Below are positions 34,078 through 44,369 of a DNA stretch of 64,000 nucleotides, piece by piece (within the stretch, counting starts at the first letter, position 1; every line of letters begins with the position of its first letter). Position numbers and translations under genes: made by a program. The stretch is from NCBI GenBank assembly GCA_963663025.1, contig OY760073.1, positions 1,897,354 to 1,961,353 on the forward strand, given 5' to 3'. Under the pieces are notes generated by a model that saw nothing but the letters and a program-made list of their open reading frames with translations, did not search any database and was not told the DNA's origin. Source of the DNA: Dehalococcoidia bacterium. Lineage in GTDB: Bacteria; Chloroflexota; Dehalococcoidia; Lucifugimonadales; JAGWBF01.

Positions 34078-35130
34078 ATGACCAACTACAGCTTCCCCAG
34101 CTACGGGGGCCTCAAGATGCGCACCGGGACGGTGCTCAACATCCTGGTGGATGAGTACATCAACACGGTGGCGCCGGTGGCCTCGGACGACATAGCCCAG
34201 CGCCTGCCCCGGAAGGTGAGCTCGGCGACCATCCGCAACGAGATGGCCGAGCTGGAGGAGGAGGGGTACATCACCCGCCCCCATATCTCCTCGGGCGGGG
34301 TGCCCTCGGACAAGGGGTACCGCTTCTACGTGGAGTCGCTGGTGGAGACGGCGGGGCCGTCGGCAGAGGCGCAGCAGGAGATACGACGGCGGTTCAACCA
34401 GGCGGCGTGGGCCCAGGATGTGTGGGTGCAGCTTGCAGCCTCGGCCCTGGCCCAGCTTACCAACAACCTGGCCATCGTGACCCTGCCGCGCACGCCCACA
34501 GCCAAGCTGAAGTACGTCGACCTGGTGTACCTGCAGGAGTTCCTGGCCCTGCTGGTGGTGGTGCTGGAGGAGACCCGGCTGAGGCACCAGCTTATCCCCC
34601 TGGACGACATCACCAACCAGAACCAGCTTTCGGAGATGTCCCTGCGCCTGAACGAGAGCCTTTCGGGGATGACCTGGGACAAGATCGGCGACGTCCAGAT
34701 GGAGCTTTCGCCCCTGGGCGAGATGGTGAAGGGGAACACGGCGGAGATGCTGCGGGAGGCCGACGCCGACGATGTGCTGGAGCACTACGTGGACGGGCTG
34801 CGCCTGCTTCTGGACCAGCCTGAGTTCTCGGAGAGCGGGCGGGCACAGGGGGTAGTGGAACTGCTGGAGGAGCGGACGTTGCTGCGGAGCCTCCTGTCCG
34901 AGGCGCCCGACGGGAGCGACGTCGGGGTGTACATCGGCGAAGAGAACCCGGCCGAGGCGCTGCAACCCTACGGGATCATCATCAGCAGCTACGGGGTGCC
35001 CCACAAGATGTCGGGCACCATCAGCGTCCTGGGGCCTACGCGCATGGAGTACGGCAGCGCCATCGGGAGCGTCCAGTTCCTGTCGTCCTTCATGAGCGAC
35101 CTGGTGGTCGGCATCCACGGCACCGGGTAG
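34078..35130 (+). CDS. hrcA: heat-inducible transcription repressor HrcA
   Basis: VLNILVDEYINTVAPVASDDIAQRL...SSATIRNEMAELEEEGYITRPHISSGGVPSDKGYRFYV is the HrcA winged-helix signature; true start may be ATG 34117. Confidence 0.9.
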   Translation: MTNYSFPSYGGLKMRTGTVLNILVDEYINTVAPVASDDIAQRLPRKVSSATIRNEMAELEEEGYITRPHISSGGVPSDKGYRFYVESLVETAGPSAEAQQEIRRRFNQAAWAQDVWVQLAASALAQLTNNLAIVTLPRTPTAKLKYVDLVYLQEFLALLVVVLEETRLRHQLIPLDDITNQNQLSEMSLRLNESLSGMTWDKIGDVQMELSPLGEMVKGNTAEMLREADADDVLEHYVDGLRLLLDQPEFSESGRAQGVVELLEERTLLRSLLSEAPDGSDVGVYIGEENPAEALQPYGIIISSYGVPHKMSGTISVLGPTRMEYGSAIGSVQFLSSFMSDLVVGIHGTG

Positions 35131-35155
35131 GGGGCCATCCCCCGGCCGCCAGCCT

Positions 35156-36607
35156 CCGTTCACCCTTCGAGAGCCTCAGGGCGAACGGAAGACGACGGGC
35201 CTTTCGTCATTGCGGCGTAGGCCGCAATCCAGAACGGAACGTTGCCGGGTTTCAGGCTGGCTCTCACCAGGGTAGGCCCCGTTCATGCTTCGAGTCCCCC
35301 CTTCGAGAGCCTCAGGACAGGCTCAGCACGAACGGGAGCGTCGGCCTTATACTGCCGTTCGCCCTTCGAGAGCCCCTTCGAGAGCCTCAGGACGAACGGA
35401 ATACGACGGGCCTGCCTGTCCCAGGCCCTGGGTTTCCTGGATTGCGGCCTTCGCCGCAATGACGGCGTCCCCAGTTCGTACTTCGAGTCCCCTCAGCACG
35501 AACGGGAGCGTCGGCCTTATACTGTCGTTCGCCCTGAGGCTCTCGAAGGGTGAACGGAGGACGACGGGTTTAGCAGCGGGGCGTAGACTCCCGCTTGCGC
35601 GGGAGTGACGGTGGGGGTAGCGGGAGTGACGGTGAGGGTGCCCTCACACCAGCCACGCTATTCGTCATTGCGGCGTAGGCCGCAATCCAAGACGGAGCGC
35701 TGCCGGGTTTCAGGCTGGCTCTCGCCAGGGTGGGCCCCGTTCATGCTTCGAGTTCCCTCAGCACGAACGGGGAGCGTCGGCCTTATACTGCCGTTCGTCC
35801 TGAGGCTCTCGAAGGGCGAACGGACGACGACAGGTTTAGCAGCAGGGAGTAGACTCCCGCTTGCGCGGGAGTGCCGGGCAACGTAGAGCATCCGCGCCGT
35901 TCGTCATTGAGGCCTTCGCCGCAATGACGGTGGGGGCCTTTCGTCACACCCGCGCCCTTCCGGACCTTGCGTCCCATACCCTTCCCCACACCAGCCACGC
36001 TATTCGTCATTGCGGCGTAGGCCGCAATCCAAGACGGAGCGCTGCCGGGTTTCAGGCTGGCTCTCGCCAGGGTGGGCCCCGTTCATGCTTCGAGTTCCCC
36101 CTTCGGGCGCCTCAGGACAGCCTCAGCACGAACGGGAGTGGGGATCAGGGCGAACGGAGATATATATTATCCCCCCTCCCTTGAGGGAGGGGATTAAGGG
36201 GAGGGTGATGCCCCCGCCGGGAGCGCATCCCCCATGGTGGTCCCCCTCACCCCAACCCTCTCCCACCAGGGGAGAGGGGGTAGGGGCTTCTCCCGTTCGT
36301 GCTTCGAGTTCGTACTTCGAGAGCCTCAGGACAGGCTCAGCACGAACGGGGGCGTCGGCCTTATACTGTCGTTCACCCTGAGGCTCTCGAAGGGCGAACG
36401 GCCTGTCAGGGGCCTGCCTGATTCCAGCCTGAGTTTCCTGGATTGCGGCCTTCGCCGCAATGACGGCAGGGGGGCCGTTACAGCCAGCCTTACTCGCACC
36501 AAGCCTCCTCGGATGTATTATGATGTAGGCGTCCCCCTCACCCCAACCTTCTCCCGCGGGGAGTCCTACTCCCCCCTCCCTTGAGGGAGGGGATAAAGGG
36601 GAGGGCG
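35156..36607. repeat. REP/BIME-like mosaic array 7 (longest non-tandem array)
   Basis: Modules B, A, E, D, C in repeated blocks. Confidence 0.9.
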
Positions 36608-36736
36608 AGACTATTTCAACGAAGGGGTCGTGCATTGAACACCAGATATGGCATGGAGCATGCGGCCGAGGCGTGCTGCCGCAGGGGGATCATATTCGCG
36701 GAGGAGTCGGCCTACGGCGCCACCAGCCAGGCTGGG

Positions 36737-39226
36737 ATGGCGGACAGCAAGGCCTTCCCCCTGCCCGGGGATGAGCCCCAGTGGCCCAGGGACCGGGTGT
36801 GCAACCTGCGCCACACCAGGCTGGAGATCGGCCTGGACGTGGAGGCGCGCCGCATCTCCGGCGTGGCCACTCACACCCTGTCGCCCATCAACGACGGGCT
36901 GGCGACGCTGGAGCTGGATGCCGTGGAGCTGGACGTCACTAGCGTCCGCCTGGACGGCGGGAGCGACCTTGCCTTCACTGCATCAGGGGGCAAGCTGAAC
37001 ATCGACCTGGGGCGGGCCTGGAGCGCTGGCGATGAGCTGACTCTGGCCATTTCCTACAGCGCCCAGCCCCGGCGGGGCCTGTACTTCAACGCGCCCGACG
37101 ATGCCTACCCCGGGCGGCCCCGGCAGGTGTGGACCCAAGGCCAGGACGAAGACTCCCGCTTCTGGTTCCCCTGCTTCGACTACCCCAACCAGCGGTTCAC
37201 CAGCGAGATCATCGCCAGGGCGCCCGCCTCCTGGACCGCCATCTCCAACGGCCGGCTGGTGTCGTCGGAGGCCGAGGGCGACGCGCGGACCTTCCACTGG
37301 CTCCAGGACAAGCCCCACTCCACCTACCTGATGTCCCTGGTGGCCGGGGAGTACACCGAGGTGCGGGACGATGTGGACGGCGTGGCCATCTCTTACTACT
37401 CGCCCCCAGGCCGGGAGGGGGACACCCGCCGGGCCTTCGGCAACACGCCCAAGATGGTGCAGTTCTTCGCCGACAAGATCGGCGTCCCCTACCCCTGGGA
37501 CAAATACTCCCAGGTTACGGTGGCCGACTTCATCTTCGGCGGAATGGAGAACACCTCTGCCACGACCATGACCGACGCCCTACTGCACAACGAGCGCGCC
37601 CACCTTGACTACTCGGCGGACAGCATCGTGGCCCATGAGCTGGCCCACCAGTGGTGGGGCGACCTGGTTACCTGCCGGGACTGGTCCCACGGCTGGCTCA
37701 ACGAGGGGTTCGCCACCTACTTCGACCTGTTGTTCAAGGAGCACGACCTGGGCCAGGACGAGTTCAGGTACGCAGTCTATCAGGACGCGTCCACCTACCT
37801 TCAGGAGGACTCCGGGCACTACCGGCGCCCCATCGTCAACAATGTGTACCGTCAGCCGGTGGACATCTTCGACCGCCACCTGTACGAGAAGGGGGCGCTG
37901 GCGCTCCACATGCTCCGGGCCTACCTGGGGGACGGCCTGTTCTGGAAGGCCCTGAACCACTACTGCACCAAGCACCGGGGCGGGAACGTGACCACCGACG
38001 ACCTGCAGAAGGCGGTGGAGGAGGCCACGGGCAGGAGCATGGACCGGTTCTTCCGCCAGTGGCTGTACAAGGGGGGCCACCCGGCCTTCAAGGTGACCTA
38101 CCAGTGGGATGAGGAGACGAAGACAGCCCGGGTGGGCGTGAGCCAGACCCAGGCCGCCGACGAGACGACCTCCGTGTTCGCGATGCCCATCATCCTGGCC
38201 TACCAGACATCCCAGGGGCGCCGGGAGGTGAAACTGGACATCTCCGAGGCCAACCAGACCTTCTACATCGCCGCCGATGAGAAACCCTTGATGGTGAGCT
38301 TCGACCCCGGCTACCGGTGCCTGAAGACCCTGGAGTTCGAGCTGCCCCGGGAGATGCTCACCTACCAGCTTGCCAACGACGAGGATGTCATCGGGCGCAT
38401 CACGGCAGCCCAGGGGCTGGCCAAGCTGGAGGACCCCAGGAGCGTGGAGGCGCTGGCCGAGGCGGTGAAGAGCGACGGGTTCTGGGGTGTGCAGGCCGAG
38501 GCCGCCAAGGCCCTGGGGGTGATCAAGTCCCAGGGCGCCCTGGAAGCCCTGGTGGGCTGCGTCGGCGTCGCCCACCCCAAGGCGCGGCGGGCGGTGGTGG
38601 CCGCTTTGGGCAACTTCAAGGAGAAGGCTGCCTTCGATGCCCTGCTGCCCATCATGGAGCGGGACGACAGCTACTTCGTGGAGGCTGAGGCGGTGCGGGC
38701 GGTGTGCAAGACCCGGGAAGCCGGGGCCTACGACGCCGTGACCGGGTCCCTGGGGAAGACCTCCTTCAACGACATCTTCACAGCCCAGGGCTTGGCGGGA
38801 CTGGGGGACCTGCAGGATGAGCGGGCCATCGAGGTCGCCAAGGAGTGGGCTGGCTACGGGAAGCCCTCCCGGGCCCGGGAGGCGGCCCTGGGCTGCCTGG
38901 GCAAGCTGGGAGAGCAGAAGAGGGAGATAGCCGAGTGGGTGGCCGACTACCTGGACGACCCGTGGCTGCGGGTGCGGGCCGGAGCGGCCCGGGCATTGCA
39001 GGACATCCGGGAGCCGGGGGCCATACCAGCCCTGGGGAGGCGCATCCCCAGGGAGCTGGACGGGCGGGTGGTGCGCCAGTGCCGGGAGGCCATCGCAGCC
39101 ATCTCCGCGGGCCGGGACCGGGGGGAGGATGTGAAGAAGCTGCGGGAGGGCTTGGAGTCCCTGGGCGAGGAGAACCGCAAGCTGAAGGACCGGCTGGAGA
39201 AGCTGGAGTCCCGCCTGGACCAGTAG
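36737..39226 (+). CDS. pepN: M1-family aminopeptidase N with C-terminal HEAT-like repeats and coiled-coil tail
   Basis: GGMENTS (GAMEN), HELAHQWWGD...WLNEGFATY zinc site. The ORF-track start at 36581 lies inside repeat module D; ATG 36737 preferred (36653 possible). Confidence 0.9.
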   Translation: MADSKAFPLPGDEPQWPRDRVCNLRHTRLEIGLDVEARRISGVATHTLSPINDGLATLELDAVELDVTSVRLDGGSDLAFTASGGKLNIDLGRAWSAGDELTLAISYSAQPRRGLYFNAPDDAYPGRPRQVWTQGQDEDSRFWFPCFDYPNQRFTSEIIARAPASWTAISNGRLVSSEAEGDARTFHWLQDKPHSTYLMSLVAGEYTEVRDDVDGVAISYYSPPGREGDTRRAFGNTPKMVQFFADKIGVPYPWDKYSQVTVADFIFGGMENTSATTMTDALLHNERAHLDYSADSIVAHELAHQWWGDLVTCRDWSHGWLNEGFATYFDLLFKEHDLGQDEFRYAVYQDASTYLQEDSGHYRRPIVNNVYRQPVDIFDRHLYEKGALALHMLRAYLGDGLFWKALNHYCTKHRGGNVTTDDLQKAVEEATGRSMDRFFRQWLYKGGHPAFKVTYQWDEETKTARVGVSQTQAADETTSVFAMPIILAYQTSQGRREVKLDISEANQTFYIAADEKPLMVSFDPGYRCLKTLEFELPREMLTYQLANDEDVIGRITAAQGLAKLEDPRSVEALAEAVKSDGFWGVQAEAAKALGVIKSQGALEALVGCVGVAHPKARRAVVAALGNFKEKAAFDALLPIMERDDSYFVEAEAVRAVCKTREAGAYDAVTGSLGKTSFNDIFTAQGLAGLGDLQDERAIEVAKEWAGYGKPSRAREAALGCLGKLGEQKREIAEWVADYLDDPWLRVRAGAARALQDIREPGAIPALGRRIPRELDGRVVRQCREAIAAISAGRDRGEDVKKLREGLESLGEENRKLKDRLEKLESRLDQ

Positions 39227-39232
39227 GGATCT

Positions 39233-40095
39233 ACCGTCGTTCCCAGGCCTCCCGCCCCTGTCCGCTCCCCCTTCGAGTTCCCTCAGGGTGAGCGGACAGG
39301 GGGAGAGCGCTCAGTCCCCCGTTCATGCTTCGAGAGCCCCATCGACAGGCTCAGCACGAACGGGAGTGGGGATCAGGACGAACGGGCGACGGCGGGTTTG
39401 GCGGCAGGACGTAGACTCCCACTTGCGCGGGAGTGACGGAAGCAGGGGCGGCCACGCTTTTCGTCATTGCGGCGAAGGCCGCAATCCAGGACGGAGCGCT
39501 GGCGGGTTCCAGGCTAGCTCCTAAGTTGGAGCCAGCAGACCCTTGGGGGAGGACAACACCTCTGCCAAGCAGCCCAGCCGTTCGTCCTTCGAGTCCCCTC
39601 AGGACGAACGGCCTGTCAGGGGCCTGCCTGTCCGAGGCCCTGGGTTTTCTGGATTGCGGCCTTCGCCGCAATGACGGATTGATGCTCCCCCTCACCCCAA
39701 CACTTTCCCACTAGGGGTCGTCCCCGCCGTCCCGCCCCTGTCCGCTCTCCCTTCGAGTTCCCTCAGGGTGAACGGACAGGGGGAGAGGGTCAGTCCCCCC
39801 GTTCGTCCTGAGCCTGTCCTGAGGCTCTCGAAGGGGAACTCGGAGGGCGAACGGCCTGTCAGGGGCCTGCCTGTCCCAGGCCCTGGGTTTCCTGGATTGC
39901 GGCTTACGCCGCAATGACGGATTGATGCTCCCCCTCACCCCAACCCTCTCCCACCAAGGGTCGTCCCCGCCGTCCCGCCCCTGTCCGCTCCCCCTTCGAG
40001 AACCTCAGTGTGAACGGACAGGAGGAGAGGGTCAGTCCTCCCGTTCATGCTTCGAGAGCCTCAGCACGAACGGGGGTGGGGCTCAGCACGAATGG
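39233..40095. repeat. REP/BIME-like mosaic array 8
   Basis: Modules E, B, A, C in three roughly colinear blocks. Confidence 0.9.
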
Positions 40096-40161
40096 GAGAG
40101 GGGGTAGGCGGCGGGTAAAGTGCTGGAAATAGATGCCTTCAGGGACTGGTGAATGGAAACG

Positions 40162-40190
40162 TTGTGTGTTACGCTCGCAAATTGTAAAAT
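40162..40190 (+). promoter_or_regulatory. sigma70-like promoter
   Basis: TTGTGT - 17 nt - TGTAAAAT (extended -10), followed by palindrome GTGCTATAGCAC at 40200-40211. Confidence 0.45.
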
Positions 40191-40227
40191 AAGGCATCTG
40201 TGCTATAGCACGTTCTAAGGGGGACCA

Positions 40228-41682
40228 ATGGGAGGGTTCGACAGGGCATACTCGACCCAAAGCGACTCAACTGATGTAGGGAAGCGGTGGTGGGCATCTC
40301 CCTTCCCGGCAGCTATAGCCCTTATGCTGTCTGTCCTGCTGGCCCTGACCTTGGCGCCAGCTATATTTGCTTCCGGCCATACCTTCACAGTCTCGTTGGG
40401 GAGTGGCGCGGTCACCCTCACTGGCGACGGCAACGACACCGCCGAGGTCATTCTAAGTGTGAATGTGACCTCTTCAACCAACGAGGTTCTGAGCACCGGC
40501 GATGAGATCACAGTCTCTATCGTTACGGGCGACCAAACTACAGCCAAGGCTGGCGACTACATGCTTGCGACAGCGGACATGGTGTTCACCAGCAATGATA
40601 TAACTGACCAGCAGACAGGTGCGATCGCCTCGGGCTCCAAGACTGCCAAGTTGTCCTTCGATATCAGCAAGGTTTCATCAAGCATCGAAGAGGAGGGCGA
40701 CAACCCCTGGCTGCTCACCCTTAAGGCCGAAATCGGCAGCGACGGCTGCCCGACGCGCAACAATGCCATCATCTGCAGCGCCTCTGACGGCCAGCAAACC
40801 GTCGCGGTCATCGCTGAGGACACGCCGGTGAAGGTCACGGTGCCCAACGGCGCTGCCCAGACCGGCGATGCGCCCAAGAACGGCAAGGCTGTATTCGACG
40901 GGACCACGATGACCTACACGCCGGCCAGGAACGTGCCCGCCGACCCGGACTCGGTGGCCCTGGACTCGGTAACGTGGACAGTGACCAGCGGAGGCAACCA
41001 CGGACGTGTGAACATCATCATCGTCCCCATAAACGACATACCTGAGCGCCGGGGGGCCATCCCTGCGATGACCCTGGTGGCCGGCGGTGAGTCGGCGACC
41101 CAACTTGTGGCAGGCCGCTTCGAGGACTACGACGGCGATGCCCTCTCCTACGGCGCCCGCAGCAGCAACCCCGACGTGGCAACGGCGGCGATAGTGGGCC
41201 GGCTGGTCAGCGTTACCCCCGTCAGCGAGGGTGATGCCATGATCACGGTGACCGCCAGGGACCCGGACGGGGTGGTGGCCCAGATCAACCAGATCAGGTT
41301 CGCCGTAACGGTAACGCCGGGCGAGGCTGAAGAGGACGAGGCTGTGGCCGCTCCGTACCCGACACCCAGGCCCACGGCAACACCCATGCCCACAGCCACG
41401 CCGGTGCTGCCGGAGCCTACTCCCACGCCGACGCCTACCCCAACGCCGACGCCCACTCCGACGCCGACGCCTACTCCCACGCCGACGGCGACGCCGGAGC
41501 CTACGGCAACGCCCACGCCCGTGCCTCCGACGCCCGTGCCTCCAACCCCGACACCCACGCCGGAGCCGGAGCCCCAGGATGAGGGTGGACTGGCAGTTAT
41601 CTGGTGGATACTGATTATCCTCGCCATAGTGGTGGTTATTGTTGCTGCGTCGGTAGGGTACGTCGTAATGCGACGGTCATAA
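40228..41682 (+). CDS. surface protein: signal peptide, beta-rich domains, (PT)n linker, C-terminal TM anchor
   Basis: 484 aa; signal AIALMLSVLLALTLAPAIFA; Calx-beta-like TAKAGDYMLATADMVF; Ig/cadherin-like ALSYGARSSNPDVATAAIVG...ITVTARDPDG; PTPTPTPT... linker; anchor VIWWILIILAIVVVIVAASVGYVVMRR. Confidence 0.75.
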   Translation: MGGFDRAYSTQSDSTDVGKRWWASPFPAAIALMLSVLLALTLAPAIFASGHTFTVSLGSGAVTLTGDGNDTAEVILSVNVTSSTNEVLSTGDEITVSIVTGDQTTAKAGDYMLATADMVFTSNDITDQQTGAIASGSKTAKLSFDISKVSSSIEEEGDNPWLLTLKAEIGSDGCPTRNNAIICSASDGQQTVAVIAEDTPVKVTVPNGAAQTGDAPKNGKAVFDGTTMTYTPARNVPADPDSVALDSVTWTVTSGGNHGRVNIIIVPINDIPERRGAIPAMTLVAGGESATQLVAGRFEDYDGDALSYGARSSNPDVATAAIVGRLVSVTPVSEGDAMITVTARDPDGVVAQINQIRFAVTVTPGEAEEDEAVAAPYPTPRPTATPMPTATPVLPEPTPTPTPTPTPTPTPTPTPTPTPTATPEPTATPTPVPPTPVPPTPTPTPEPEPQDEGGLAVIWWILIILAIVVVIVAASVGYVVMRRS

Positions 41683-41851
41683 GAGTCCAAGGAATAGAAT
41701 TGCAACACCCCCCTTCCTTCAAAGAAGGGGGACAGGAAATCGAGACACGATAGCAGGCTCCTCCCTTAAAGGGGAGGGGCTTGGGACCCCAGCTACAATC
41801 TTTGGAAACGTGGGCCAGGGGTGACGATGAGGTGAGGAGGTGTTTGCAGAG

Positions 41852-42682
41852 ATGCACCGGTCCATGTTGGCCCTTCCGCTAGTCCTCCTGCTGGTATTTG
41901 CCGCCCTGGGCGCCCAGATGGGCCAGGGCACCGCCCCTCCCGGACCGCCGGTGGGGTACTTCGGGACGATCACCATGAGCGACGGCTCCGACCCTACGGG
42001 CTATAGCTTGGTCGCATGCGTGAACGGGTGCGATACGACCGCCGGCGGATGGGAAAGCCAGCCGGTGGAGATCGGGGCCGGAGGGAGCTACAACGCCCTG
42101 ATCGTCGGGCCTCCCGACGGCAGCTTTAGCGGCAGGCCCATAACCTTCTGGATCGCGAACGAGGGCGGCAGGATCCAGGCCACGGAGAGCGTTAACCTCA
42201 ATTCGACACCTCCCCTGTACAGAGGGCAGAACCTGACCTTCGAGGGTGCGCTGCCTGTGGCGCCGGAGCCGACCCCGGCGCCTACGCAGGAACCTACGCT
42301 TGTACCGCCAACGCCGGCGCCCACACCTGAACCTACGCCCGTGCCTCCTACTCCCGTTCCGCCTACCCCCGCGCCTGAGCCGACGGCAACGCCTACTCCG
42401 ATACCGCCTACGCCCGTCCCACCGACTCCCACGCCCGAGCCGACAGCGACCCCGGAACCCACGGCTACTCCTGAGCCGACGGCAACGACGGCGCCGCCTA
42501 CGAACACTCCCATGCCGGAGCCTACTGCCGTGCCGGAGCCTACTCCAACGCCCGAGCCCGAGGAGGAAGAAGGGGGAGGCACAAACGTCTTCCTGTGGAT
42601 GTTCATCGGCCTTGTGGTCTTCCTGGTGGGGGGTGGGACACTGGTGTTCGTCTTCAGGAACAAGATACTGGGCTTGGACTAG
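41852..42682 (+). CDS. surface protein: signal peptide, small domain, P/T/E-rich linker, C-terminal TM anchor
   Basis: GAGGAGG upstream of ATG 41852 (ORF open from GTG 41840); [21 protein letters not shown] signal; long PTP/EPTAT linker; anchor [23 protein letters not shown]. Confidence 0.7.
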   Translation: MHRSMLALPLVLLLVFAALGAQMGQGTAPPGPPVGYFGTITMSDGSDPTGYSLVACVNGCDTTAGGWESQPVEIGAGGSYNALIVGPPDGSFSGRPITFWIANEGGRIQATESVNLNSTPPLYRGQNLTFEGALPVAPEPTPAPTQEPTLVPPTPAPTPEPTPVPPTPVPPTPAPEPTATPTPIPPTPVPPTPTPEPTATPEPTATPEPTATTAPPTNTPMPEPTAVPEPTPTPEPEEEEGGGTNVFLWMFIGLVVFLVGGGTLVFVFRNKILGLD

Positions 42683-42727
42683 TCAAAATGGGCTAGCTGT
42701 CCCAAGAATAGTCTTAGCAGGTCATTC

Positions 42728-42772
42728 GAAGGCTTGGGTGGAGGAGGTCCACCCAAGCCTTCCTGTTTGTGT
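42728..42772 (+). terminator. intrinsic terminator-like hairpin
   Basis: Perfect 14-bp stem GAAGGCTTGGGTGG-AGGAGGT-CCACCCAAGCCTTC followed by CTGTTTGTGTG. Confidence 0.7.
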
Positions 42773-42786
42773 GCCGCCCCTATCTT

Positions 42787-44313
42787 CGTTCCCGCTTGCG
42801 CGGGAGTGACCGTAAGAGGCAGAGCTTCGGGAAGGCTGGGTGCGTCGAAAGGCTGCCTCGTCATTGCGGCGTAGGCCGCAATCCAGGACGGAGCACCGCC
42901 GGACTCCAGGATGATTCCAATGCCCCCTCACCGTCATTGCCGTGAAAGCGGGGACACTGCCTTAGTAAAGAGCACGGCGGCTGCGGGAGTGACGGTAATT
43001 TGAGGCAGCCTGTCCCAGGCTCGGAGTATCCTGGATTGCGGCCTACGCCGCAATGACGAAAGGCGTTGCCGGTGTGAGGAGAGGTGGGTATCGCAATGCT
43101 CGGAATGGGGCGGCCTGGTGTTTCCCATGTCCGTTCCCCCTTCGAGAGCCTCAGGACGAACGGACAAAGGGAACGCCAGAAGAGGGCAGGAATTCAAAAG
43201 AAGGCCGGTTGTGCCGAAAGGCTATGCCGTCATTGCGGCGTAGGCCGCAATCCAGCACGGACACTGCCGGACTCCAGGTGGACTACTTAATCACGGCAGT
43301 TACTGCTTGGGGGGCCTGTTCCCAGCTCGGAGTATCCTGGATTGCGGCCTTCGCCGCAATGACGAAAGGCGTTGCCGGTGTGAGGAGGGGTGGGAGTCGC
43401 AATGCCCGGAATGGGGCGGCCTGGTGTTTCCTCTGCCCGTTCCCCTTCGAGTTCGTACTTCGAGAACCCCTTCGACAGGCTCAGGGCGAACGGACAAAGG
43501 GAACGCCAGAAGAGGGCAGGAATTCAAAAGAAGGCCGGTTGTGCCGAAAGGCTATGCCGTCATTGCGGCGTAGGCCGCAATCCAGGACGGACACTGCCGG
43601 ACTCCAGGTGGACTACCTAATCACGGCAGTTACTGCTTGGGGGGCCTGTTCCCAGCTCGGAGTATCCTGGATTGCGGCCTACGCCGCAATGACGAAAGGC
43701 GTTGCCGGTGTGAGGAGAAGTGGGTATTGCAATGCCCGGAATGGGGCGGCCTGGTGTTTCCCATGTCCGTTCCCCCTTCGAGAGCCTCAGGACGAACGGA
43801 CAAAGGGAACGCCAGAAGAGGGCAGGAATTCAAAAGAAGGCCGGTTGTGCCGAAAGGCTATGCCGTCATTGCGGCGTAGGCCGCAATCCAGGACGGAGCA
43901 CCGCCGGACTCTAGGTGGACTACTTAATCGCGGCAGGTACTGCATCAGGGGGCCTGTTCCCAGCCCGCAGTATCCTGGATTGCGGCCTACGCCGCAATGA
44001 CGAAAGGCGTTGCCGGTGTGAGGAGAGGTGGGTATCGCAATGCCCGGAATGAGTCGGCCTGGTGTTTCCTCTGTCCGTTCGCCCTTCGAGTTCGTACTTC
44101 GAGAGCCCCTTCGACAGGCTCAGGACAGGCTCAGCACGAACGGGAGGAGAGAAGGCCTGTCCGCTCCCCCTTCGAGTCCCCTCAGGGTGAGCGGACAAGG
44201 GGGAGGGTGACGCCCCCGCCAGAAGCGCATCCTCCATGATGGTCCCCCTCACCCCAACCCTCTCCCACCAGGGGAGAGGGGTAGTAGATATGTGTCCGTG
44301 GCGGGAACGACGA
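42787..44313. repeat. REP/BIME-like mosaic array 9 with higher-order tandem repeat
   Basis: Composite unit of about 306-330 bp (modules A, B, A plus unit-specific sequence) starting at 43027, 43333, 43663, 43971. Confidence 0.9.
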
Positions 44314-44330
44314 TGAGTGGGCCCGCTGCC

Positions 44331-44359
44331 TTGACCATGTGGCTCTGAGCTTGTATATA
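44331..44359 (+). promoter_or_regulatory. sigma70-like promoter
   Basis: TTGACC (44331-44336) - 17 nt - TATATA (44354-44359). Confidence 0.45.
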
Positions 44360-44369
44360 GAGGACATTC

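Noticed and set aside
34054-35163. 369-aa minus-strand ORF opposite hrcA
   Set aside because: Low-complexity R/P/G/H-rich shadow of a gene with an unambiguous HrcA signature.
37580-38575. 331-aa minus-strand ORF opposite pepN
   Set aside because: Antisense shadow; the plus frame carries the GAMEN and HExxH-E motifs.
41148-41708. G/V-rich 186-aa and 191-aa minus-strand ORFs (41148..41708, 42088..42663)
   Set aside because: They are antisense translations of the Pro/Thr linker coding regions (CCN/ACN read as GGN/GTN).
43053-44000. 315-aa ORF, plus many 60-170-aa ORFs inside the arrays (for example 36123..36635, 26645..27067, 33608..33973, 19551..19949)
   Set aside because: Their peptides are just translations of the repeat modules (RHCGVGRNPG, PFESLRTNG, LTPTLSHQGRGG, PPSLDGRGLRGG). 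The 315-aa ORF is periodic with the 306-330-bp tandem unit, and I saw no convincing RBS or other coding signal.
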